The notes beneath the pieces were generated by a model. It saw only the letters and a program-made list of their open reading frames with translations. It did not search any database and was not told where the DNA came from. A DNA stretch of 21,729 nt, from assembly GCA_041497895.1 (NCBI GenBank), contig JBGQHJ010000086.1, positions 1 through 21,729 of the forward strand. The letters are read 5' to 3'. Positions 7,759-14,944 of the stretch are shown one piece after another (positions within the stretch are counted from its first letter, which is position 1; every line of letters begins with the position of its first letter). The position numbers and the translations under genes were made by a program. The stretch is from Candidatus Methylomirabilia bacterium (GTDB lineage: Bacteria > Methylomirabilota > Methylomirabilia > Rokubacteriales > CSP1-6).

Positions 7759-9039
7759 ATGGCGACGACGAGACGCGAATTCCTCAAGGTGGCGGGCGGC
7801 GCGGCGGCCGCGGGCGCGGTCGGATTCCCGGCGGTGGCGCGGGCCCAGGCCAAGCCGGGCGTGCCGTCGGACCCGGTCAAGATCGGCGTCCTCGCGATCC
7901 GCGCCGGCATCGCGGCCCCGGTGGGCACCGCGGGCCTCCGCGGGACCGAGTGGTGGGCCGAGCGGGTCAACAAGTCGGGCGGCATCCTGGGCCGCCCGGT
8001 CCAGCTGGTAGTCGAGGAGGAATCCAACCCGAAGGACACCGTCGAGCGCTACCGCAAGCTCATCCTGCAGGACAAGGTCGAGGTGGTCATCGGCGGCATC
8101 TCCACCGGCGTGACGCTCGCGCTCGGGCCGGTGGCGGAGGAGATGGAGGTGCCGTGGCTCTCGTGGGACGGCACGACGCAGAAGGGCGTGGAAGAGACCA
8201 TGCCCAACCCCAAGTGGGCCTTCCGCAGCGTGGACAACGAGGTCGAGGCCATCGTGGCCGGTCAGCTCACCCCGAAGTACTTCAAGGGCATCAAGACGGT
8301 GGCGGGCATCGGCAACGACTACTCCTACGGCCACGACTGCTGGGAGACCTACCAGGCGGTGCTCAAGCGCTACATCCCGGACGTGAAGTTCGTGCTCGAG
8401 CTGTTCCCGAAGCTGGGGGTCACCGACTTCACCTCGCACATCGCGGCCATCCAGCAGGCCAAGCCCGATCTCCTGATGTGCTCGTTCTGGTCGGGTGACG
8501 CCACCATCATCATGAAGCAGGCCGCCGCGGTCGGGCTCTTCAAGAACATGAAGGGCGTCTTCACCACCGCGGGCGGGGTGCACGACTCGCTCAAGAAGGA
8601 GTTCACCCCGGAGGGGCTCCTGCTCGGCTACAACACCATGTACTTCGACGATCCGAAGGGCAGCCCGCTCCTCAAGCAGTTCGTGCGCGAGTACAAGGCC
8701 AAGTACAACGAGTACCCCGCCTACGAGTGCGACCACGCCTACTTCAATATCGAATCGTACAAGGCCGCGGTGGAGAAGACCTACGCCACCGCCGGCAAGT
8801 GGCCGTCGAAGGCGGAGGTGGTCAAGGCGCTCGAGGGCATCGAGGTGGACTCGCTCTCCGGCCGACGCTCGTGGCGGCCGGACCATGTCCAGATGTGCAA
8901 CTTCTATCAGGGCGTCACGACCCACAAGAACAGCTATGACTTCGTGACCATCAACCCGATCGAGGTCATCTCCACCAAGGTCGCCATGAAGCCGGCGGGC
9001 TCGAAGCTCATCGAGTGGATCAACTCCTGGAAGATCTGA
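7759..9039 (+). CDS. LIV/branched-chain-amino-acid-type ABC substrate-binding protein with Tat signal
   Basis: TRREFLK twin-arginine motif, ARA-Q cleavage site, VKIGVL, GGILGRPVQL, DYSYG, DFTSHIAAI. Precedes LivHMGF-like genes. Confidence 0.92.
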   Translation: MATTRREFLKVAGGAAAAGAVGFPAVARAQAKPGVPSDPVKIGVLAIRAGIAAPVGTAGLRGTEWWAERVNKSGGILGRPVQLVVEEESNPKDTVERYRKLILQDKVEVVIGGISTGVTLALGPVAEEMEVPWLSWDGTTQKGVEETMPNPKWAFRSVDNEVEAIVAGQLTPKYFKGIKTVAGIGNDYSYGHDCWETYQAVLKRYIPDVKFVLELFPKLGVTDFTSHIAAIQQAKPDLLMCSFWSGDATIIMKQAAAVGLFKNMKGVFTTAGGVHDSLKKEFTPEGLLLGYNTMYFDDPKGSPLLKQFVREYKAKYNEYPAYECDHAYFNIESYKAAVEKTYATAGKWPSKAEVVKALEGIEVDSLSGRRSWRPDHVQMCNFYQGVTTHKNSYDFVTINPIEVISTKVAMKPAGSKLIEWINSWKI

Positions 9040-9049
9040 TGCCTCGCGC

Positions 9050-9937
9050 GTGACCGCGAACCTCGTCAACATCCTGATGGGCGGTGTCTTCCACGCCGCC
9101 ATCCTGTTCCTGGTCGCGGCGGGGCTCCAGCTCGTCTTCGGGGTCCAGAAGATCTTCAACCTGGCCTGCGGCTCCTTCTACGCCCTCGGCGCCTACAGCG
9201 GCATCTCCGCGGTCGCCTACTTCACCGGGCACGGTGGACCTCCCATCCTGTTCATCGTGCCGCTCGTGGCGGGCGGGCTCGCGGTCGGCCTGGTCGGCGC
9301 CGTGGTCGAGCGGGGCCTGCTGCGGTTCGTCTACGATCGCGACGAGACCTTCCAGCTCCTGCTCACCTTCGCGCTCGTCCTGATGCTGGAGGACCTGATC
9401 CGCATGACCTGGGGCGCGGCGCCCGCGTCGACCGGCGGGCTCTACCTCACCTACGGTCAGGCGCGCCTGCTCGGGGCGACGGTGCCGGTCTACAACCTGA
9501 TCGTGATCGGGGCGAGCCTCGCCATCGCGCTCGGCATGGGTTTCATCCTCACCCGCACCGCCTTCGGCCGCATCATCCGCGCGGCCGCGGACAACCGCGA
9601 GATGGCCGAGGCCCTCGGGGTCGACATGCGCTGGCTCTACGTCCGCGTCTTCACCCTCGGCACCATGCTGGGCACGCTCGGCGGCGCGCTCGTGATCCCG
9701 GCCACCGCGGCCATGAGCGAGATGGGCATCGAGCTGATCGTCGAGGCCTTCGCGGTGGTGGTGATCGGCGGCCTCGGCAGCATGCGCGGCGCCTTCCTGG
9801 GCGCCCTGGTGGTGGGCGTGCTGCGATCGGTCGCGATCGCGGTCTATCCCGAGCTCGAGATGCTCCTCATCTACCTGATCGTGATCGCGGTCCTGCTCTG
9901 GCGCCCGCGCGGGCTCTTCGGAGCGGCCACGGCGTGA
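9050..9937 (+). CDS. livH: LIV-type ABC permease (LivH-like)
   Basis: GLQLVFGV..IFNLA.G, RTAFGRIIRAAADNREMAEALG, FAVVVIGGLGS. Hydrophobic. Confidence 0.9.
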   Translation: MTANLVNILMGGVFHAAILFLVAAGLQLVFGVQKIFNLACGSFYALGAYSGISAVAYFTGHGGPPILFIVPLVAGGLAVGLVGAVVERGLLRFVYDRDETFQLLLTFALVLMLEDLIRMTWGAAPASTGGLYLTYGQARLLGATVPVYNLIVIGASLAIALGMGFILTRTAFGRIIRAAADNREMAEALGVDMRWLYVRVFTLGTMLGTLGGALVIPATAAMSEMGIELIVEAFAVVVIGGLGSMRGAFLGALVVGVLRSVAIAVYPELEMLLIYLIVIAVLLWRPRGLFGAATA

Positions 9938-10893
9938 GGACGCCCCTCGTCCTGGCGGTCGTCGGTGCCGCGGTCCTCGTCCTGCCCCTCGTCAGCCCGC
10001 CCTACTACGTCACCCTGATGTTGCCGTTCATGGCCTACGGGGTGATCCTGCTGGGCCTGAACCTGCTCTTCGGCTACAGCGGGCTGGTCTCGTTCGGCCA
10101 CGCGCTCTTCATCGGCATCGGGGCCTACACCGGGGCGGTGCTGACCACGCGGCTCGGGGTGCGACACATGGAGCTGATCCTGCCCGCGGCCGCCCTGGCG
10201 GGCGCGATCGTGGCCGCGCCGGTGGGCGCACTCTGCGTACGCTACGTGAAGATCTACTTCGGCATGCTGACGCTCGCCTTCGGCATGGTCTTCTACACCT
10301 TCCTGCTCAAGTTCTACCGGCTGACCGGCGGCGACGAGGGGATGCGGATGCTCCGCCCTTACCTGCTCGGCCGCGAGTGGGCCGGCTTCAACAAGACCGC
10401 GTATCTCGTCGGGCCCTACTACTACTTCTCGCTCGTGGTGCTCGTCCTGGCCACGCTGCTCATGTGGCGGATCGTCGACTCGCCCTTCGGGCTCTGCCTC
10501 AAGACCATCCGTGACAACCCGCTCAAGGCGGAGAGCCTGGGCGTGAGCGTCCCGCGCTACCGGTGGTACGCGTTCATGATCTCGGCGGTGTACGGAGCGG
10601 TCGGCGGGGCCCTGCTCGCTCCGCCCACCGGCAACGTGGACCCCACCCTCGCCTACTGGACCCACTCCGGCAACCTGGTGTTCATGGTCCTGCTCGGCGG
10701 CTTCTCCTCCTTCTTCGGGCCGCTCCTGGGGGCCTTCGCGTTCATCTTCCTGCAGGACACCGTGATGTCGATCTTCCCCTACTGGCGGCTGATCTTCGGC
10801 GCGGTGCTCGCGTTCATCGTGATCTTCGCGCCGGGCGGGCTCATGGGCCTCTTCACGCGTCGCCGGGACCCGGTCGAGGTCTCGCGCGGATGA
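9934..10893 (+). CDS. livM: LIV-type ABC permease (LivM-like)
   Basis: GLNLLFGYSGLVSFGHA, YFGMLTLAF, TGGDEG, SPFG...IRDN..KAESLG, MVLLGG. GTGA overlap with livH. Confidence 0.9.
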   Translation: MRTPLVLAVVGAAVLVLPLVSPPYYVTLMLPFMAYGVILLGLNLLFGYSGLVSFGHALFIGIGAYTGAVLTTRLGVRHMELILPAAALAGAIVAAPVGALCVRYVKIYFGMLTLAFGMVFYTFLLKFYRLTGGDEGMRMLRPYLLGREWAGFNKTAYLVGPYYYFSLVVLVLATLLMWRIVDSPFGLCLKTIRDNPLKAESLGVSVPRYRWYAFMISAVYGAVGGALLAPPTGNVDPTLAYWTHSGNLVFMVLLGGFSSFFGPLLGAFAFIFLQDTVMSIFPYWRLIFGAVLAFIVIFAPGGLMGLFTRRRDPVEVSRG

Positions 10894-11645
10894 TCCTCGA
10901 GGCGCAGGATCTCCGGAAGCGCTACGGGGCCTACGTGGCCCTCGACGGGGTGAGCCTCGCGGTGCGCGAGGGCGAGTTCGTCTCGATCATCGGGCCCAAC
11001 GGCGCCGGCAAGTCGACCCTGATCAACCTGCTCACCGGCGTCCTCCCGCCCACCGAGGGCCGGGTGCGCTTCAAGGGCCGCGACATCGGCGGGATCGGCC
11101 CGGTCGCCCTCGCCCGGCTCGGCATGGCCCGCAGCTTCCAGCTGGTCCAGATCTTCCCGGACCTGACCGTGCTGGAGACGCTGCAAGTCGCGGTGGTCTC
11201 GCGGCTCGGTCGCGGGGGCCGGCTCTTCGCCTCGCTCCGGGGCGACCGCCAGGTGCAGGCGGAGGCGATCGAGGTGGCGGGGCTCTTCGGCCTGGCCGAC
11301 CGGGCCCATACGCGCGCGCGCGCCCTGCCCCAGGGCGACAAGAAGCTGCTCGACGTGGCGTCCGCCTTCACGCTCCGTCCCGAGATCATCCTGCTCGACG
11401 AGCCGACCAGCGGGGTGAGCACCGCCGACAAGCACGCGGTCATGGAGATCCTGGTCGGCGCGGCCCGGCAGATCGGCCTCAAGGCCATCATCCAGGTCGA
11501 GCACGACATGGACATCGTCTTCGGCTACTCGGACCGGATCATCGCGCTGCACCAGGGCCGGGTCCTCGCCGACGCGGCCCCCGCCGCGATCCGCGCCGAC
11601 GCGCGGGTGGTGGACATGGTGATCGGCCGGAGGGCTGCGTGCTGA
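10890..11645 (+). CDS. livG: LIV-type ABC ATPase (LivG-like)
   Basis: Start ATG 10890 (ATGA overlap, in frame with track ORF 10563..11645). Walker A GPNGAGKS, ARSFQ, LLDEPTSG, VEHDM. Confidence 0.92.
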   Translation: MILEAQDLRKRYGAYVALDGVSLAVREGEFVSIIGPNGAGKSTLINLLTGVLPPTEGRVRFKGRDIGGIGPVALARLGMARSFQLVQIFPDLTVLETLQVAVVSRLGRGGRLFASLRGDRQVQAEAIEVAGLFGLADRAHTRARALPQGDKKLLDVASAFTLRPEIILLDEPTSGVSTADKHAVMEILVGAARQIGLKAIIQVEHDMDIVFGYSDRIIALHQGRVLADAAPAAIRADARVVDMVIGRRAAC

Positions 11646-12346
11646 CCGTCGAGGCGGTCGACGTCTTCATCCAGTCGAGCCACATCCTCCGCCGGGTGTC
11701 GCTCGAGGTGAGGGATCGCGAGGTGGTCTGCCTGGTCGGCCGCAACGGAGCCGGCAAGTCGACCATCCTCCGCGCCATCATGGGCTACCTGCGCCCCCGC
11801 GCCGGGCGCATCCTGTTCCAGGGCGAGGAGATCCACCGCCGGCACACCCACGAGATCGCGCGGCGGGGGCTCGCCTTCGCTCCCGAGGACAGCGGGATCT
11901 TCCCGGATCTCACGGTGGCCGAGAACATCGAGATCGCGACCTGGACGCGGCCGGGGGGCCGGCCCGCCGCCGAGCGCATCGAGCGCGCCTACGAGGTGTT
12001 CCCGGTCCTCCGGAAGTACGCGGCACGCAAGGGGCCCGAGATGAGCGGCGGCGAGCGCAAGATGCTCTCGGTGGCGCGCGCGCTCGCCCTCGACCCGGCC
12101 ATGCTGCTGCTGGACGAGCCCTTCGAGGGGCTCTCGCCCGCGATCATCCCCACCGTGAGCCAGGGCCTCGCCGAGATCACCCAGCGCGGCCACTCGATCC
12201 TGCTCGCCGAGTCCAACATCCACCACGTGCCCGCCTTCGCCACCCGGCTCTACGTCATCGAGCGGGGCGAGATCATCTTCGGCGGCCCGCCCGAGGCGGT
12301 GCGGGCGGACGCGGCGATTCTACGATTGATCGGCGGCGCGGCGTGA
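11639..12346 (+). CDS. livF: LIV-type ABC ATPase (LivF-like)
   Basis: GRNGAGKS, MSGGERKML, LLLDEPFEGL, LLAESN. Confidence 0.92.
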   Translation: MLTVEAVDVFIQSSHILRRVSLEVRDREVVCLVGRNGAGKSTILRAIMGYLRPRAGRILFQGEEIHRRHTHEIARRGLAFAPEDSGIFPDLTVAENIEIATWTRPGGRPAAERIERAYEVFPVLRKYAARKGPEMSGGERKMLSVARALALDPAMLLLDEPFEGLSPAIIPTVSQGLAEITQRGHSILLAESNIHHVPAFATRLYVIERGEIIFGGPPEAVRADAAILRLIGGAA

Positions 12347-12360
12347 GGCGCGTGCTCGCT

Positions 12361-13221
12361 TCAGCCGGAGGCGGCGCGGATCTCGTCGAGGATCGGCAGT
12401 AGGTAGCGGCGGAACTGGGCGGGGTTCTCGGCCATCGGGAAGTGGCCGATCTCGGTCATCACCGTGAAGCGGGCGCCCGGGATCTTTAGGGCGGTGAGGC
12501 GCGTGTCCTCCGGCGTGCACGAGAAGTCGTACTCGCCGGTGAGCAGGTAGAGCGGGCAGCGCGTGGTGTCGATCTGCCCCACGCGGTCCCGGAAGTCACC
12601 GTCGACCCGGTAGAAGTGGAGATCGCCCTTGAAGACGCCGGGGCCGCCCTGCATGTAACCCCAGAGCGTCTCCCAGCGCGTCTCGTCCGGGCTCTGCGGC
12701 GCGATGAGGCCCGACATGAGCGCTCCGGCCAGCTCGCCGCCGTGCACGTCGGGGCGATGCAGCCAGCCGGTGTCGTCGTACCACGGCGGCTGGTAGGCGG
12801 CCGACTCGAGGCCGATCAGGGCCCGGAACCGCTCCGGATGCGCGCGGGCCAGCTCGAGCACGATCTTGCCGCCGATCGAGCAGCCGAGCACGACCGGTCG
12901 ATCGAGCCCGAGCCCCACGCAGAACGCGAGGATCAGGTCGACGTAGGCCTGCGTGGTGAGCCGGTACTCCTCGTCCTGCCAACCCGCCGGCGGCAGCGAC
13001 TTGCCGTGCCAGGGCATGTCGAAGGCCAGCACCCGGAAATGGCGCGTGACCGCCTCGTCGTTCAGGAGGTGGCGGAACTGGCGGCCGTCCGCGCCCGCGG
13101 TGTGCAGGCACACGAGGGGGATCCCCTGGCCGGCCTCCTCGAAGTACACGCGGTGCGGACGGTCTCCGAGCGACAGGTGGACGTAGGCGCCCCGGATCGG
13201 CTCGAAGACGGGCTCGGCCAC
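12361..13221 (-). CDS. Alpha/beta fold hydrolase
   Basis: CLHTAG, FDMPWHGKS, nucleophile elbow GCSIGG, GEYD, IGHFP: Ser-Asp-His triad. Confidence 0.9.
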   Translation of the reverse strand: MAEPVFEPIRGAYVHLSLGDRPHRVYFEEAGQGIPLVCLHTAGADGRQFRHLLNDEAVTRHFRVLAFDMPWHGKSLPPAGWQDEEYRLTTQAYVDLILAFCVGLGLDRPVVLGCSIGGKIVLELARAHPERFRALIGLESAAYQPPWYDDTGWLHRPDVHGGELAGALMSGLIAPQSPDETRWETLWGYMQGGPGVFKGDLHFYRVDGDFRDRVGQIDTTRCPLYLLTGEYDFSCTPEDTRLTALKIPGARFTVMTEIGHFPMAENPAQFRRYLLPILDEIRAASG

Positions 13222-13611
13222 TCAGCCCCCCGCCTTCCGCCGCGGCGCGGTGACGACGTCCTTGACGTAGCGGAGATTGGCCATGAGCGGCACCAGGTCG
13301 CCCTCGATGCGGGCCACCCCGAGCTTCTTCATGGCGAAGAGGTCGTGGTAGCCCGGCGCGGGCGTGGGCTCCCAGAAGCGCCGCCAGGCGTCCTCGGAGG
13401 CGCGCAGCGCGAAGGTCCAGGAGCGCATCAGGAACGGGCCGGCCTCGACCGCGGCCACGCGGCCCTCCACCACCCGCACCAGGAACTCGCGCTCGCCGAC
13501 CTCGACGAGGAAGGTCGCGGTGAGGTATCGTCCACGGCGGACGAGGTCGGCGTCGCCATTGACCAGATCCGGCAGAGATAGGATGCTCGCATGGGGCGAG
13601 GCGGCGCTCAT
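13222..13611 (-). CDS. Small hypothetical protein, probable SCP2 (sterol-carrier)-like fold
   Basis: 129 aa. Its stop directly abuts the hydrolase GTG. Pattern FLVRVVEGRV...FALRASEDAW...ARIEGDLVPLM resembles SCP2-like proteins; the fold call is inference. Confidence 0.7.
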   Translation of the reverse strand: MSAASPHASILSLPDLVNGDADLVRRGRYLTATFLVEVGEREFLVRVVEGRVAAVEAGPFLMRSWTFALRASEDAWRRFWEPTPAPGYHDLFAMKKLGVARIEGDLVPLMANLRYVKDVVTAPRRKAGG

Positions 13612-13619
13612 GGCCCGCC

Positions 13620-13627
13620 ATTATAGT
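13620..13627. promoter_or_regulatory. Overlapping divergent -10 elements (bidirectional promoter)
   Basis: ATTATAGT gives TATAAT on minus (13625-13620) and TATAGT on plus (13622-13627) within a 42-bp divergent gap. SD AGGAGG at 13640-13645 serves the + gene. Confidence 0.6.
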
Positions 13628-13653
13628 CGCCCCGAACCCAGGAGGAAACGCCG

Positions 13654-14682
13654 ATGGCCGCTCTCCCCTTGATCCCCGCCACCGTCGTCGGCTCGCACGG
13701 CAAGGCCGGCTGGTGGTTCACCGCGGTGAAGGCCTACGAGGCGGGGGCGATGGGACCCGCCGACCTCGAGGAGATGTTCGACGACGCCGCCGACACCGCG
13801 ATCCGCGACATGGAGCGCGCCGGGCTCGACATCATCACCGACGGCGAGGTGCGCCGGCTCGACGGCTACGTGGACTCCTACTACGCGATCATCAGGGGCA
13901 TCGAGCCCCTGCCGGTGCGGCGCAAGGCCGGGCCCTGGGGCTACGACCAGCAGACGCGCTACGAGGCGACCGGTCGCATCGAGACCCCGGACGGCGGGCT
14001 CGGCATCGTGAAGGAGTTCGAGTACCTCAAGGCCCACACCGGCCGGGCCACCAAGGCCACCTGCGCCGGCCCGCTCACCTTCGGCTCGCGCATCCATCCC
14101 GGCAAGAGGTACAAGGGCGTGGTCGACGTGGCCGAGCGCTTCGCGGAGGTGATCAACGCGGAGCTGCGCGCGCTCGTGGCCGCGGGCGCCGACTTCATCC
14201 AGCTCGACGAGCCGGCGCGAGGCAACGTGAGCGGCGAGGAGATGGCGCGGCTCTACAACCTGGCCACCGAAGGGGTGAAGGCCAAGCTCGCCTTCCACAT
14301 CTGCTTCGGCAACCGCTTCGGCCGCTCCCGCTTCGACCGCTCGTACCGGCCCTACTTCCCGGGCATCCTCAAGTGCCGCGCCGATCAGCTCGTGCTCGAG
14401 TTCGCGGGGCGGGAGTTCTCCGAGCTCGATCTCTGGAAGGAGTACGGCCAGGATCGCGAGCTGGGCGCGGGCGTGGTCGACGTCAAGGGCTTCTACCCGG
14501 AGAGCCCGGAGGAGGTGGCCGGCCGCATTCGCCGGGTGCTCGCGGTGTGCCGCCCGGAGAAGCTCCACGTCAACCCGGACTGCGGCTTCGGGTGGTCGCC
14601 GCGGTACATGTGCAATCAGAAGGTGCGCGCCCTCGCGGCCGGGGCGGCCCTCGCCCGCACGCAGATCACCGGCTCCCGGTAG
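13654..14682 (+). CDS. Cobalamin-independent methionine synthase II family protein (MetE catalytic core only), paralog 2
   Basis: MERAGLDIITDGEVRR, IQLDEP, HIC...E...NPDCG, GVVDVKG. Strong SD AGGAGG. Confidence 0.88.
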   Translation: MAALPLIPATVVGSHGKAGWWFTAVKAYEAGAMGPADLEEMFDDAADTAIRDMERAGLDIITDGEVRRLDGYVDSYYAIIRGIEPLPVRRKAGPWGYDQQTRYEATGRIETPDGGLGIVKEFEYLKAHTGRATKATCAGPLTFGSRIHPGKRYKGVVDVAERFAEVINAELRALVAAGADFIQLDEPARGNVSGEEMARLYNLATEGVKAKLAFHICFGNRFGRSRFDRSYRPYFPGILKCRADQLVLEFAGREFSELDLWKEYGQDRELGAGVVDVKGFYPESPEEVAGRIRRVLAVCRPEKLHVNPDCGFGWSPRYMCNQKVRALAAGAALARTQITGSR

Positions 14683-14695
14683 TCGTTCCCGGCCC

Positions 14696-14728
14696 GCACG
14701 GCGGCGAACCCGCGACGCGCCGCCGTGC
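14696..14728 (+). terminator. GC-rich hairpin downstream of MetE paralog 2, possible terminator
   Basis: GCACGGCGGCG (14696-14706) pairs with CGCCGCCGTGC (14718-14728), 11-nt loop. No U-tract. Confidence 0.4.
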
Positions 14729-14863
14729 AGATCTCGCACGAGCACGAGTTGCATTCTGTTCTCGTCCGCCCCCCGCCACTTCTTGCGAGTGTCATCGCGG
14801 GCCCGTCCATGAGTTGACACGCTGATCCCTGGCATTGCGGACACTTGGACCCTCGTGTCCGCG

Positions 14864-14879
14864 TGGCACCCCGCTTGCT
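14864..14879 (+). promoter_or_regulatory. Sigma54 (RpoN) -24/-12 promoter
   Basis: TGGCAC-CCCGC-TTGCT matches TGGCAC-N5-TTGCW with exact GG-N10-GC spacing, 65 nt upstream of ATG 14945. Confidence 0.75.
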
Positions 14880-14944
14880 CTGACACTCCCGTCGCCGGCG
14901 AGATCGGCAAATCCCACCGCCCGGCAAAGGGAGCGAGAGCGATC

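Noticed and set aside
14895..14940. Two GGCAAA motifs in the FecR leader suggesting a c-di-GMP-I riboswitch
   Set aside because: Only 11 nt separate them, with no GNRA-capped stem or second hairpin. A covariance-model search would be decisive.
14855..14944. Track start for the FecR protein at 14855
   Set aside because: It would overlap the sigma54 promoter and bury the signal peptide; ATG 14945 has an RBS.
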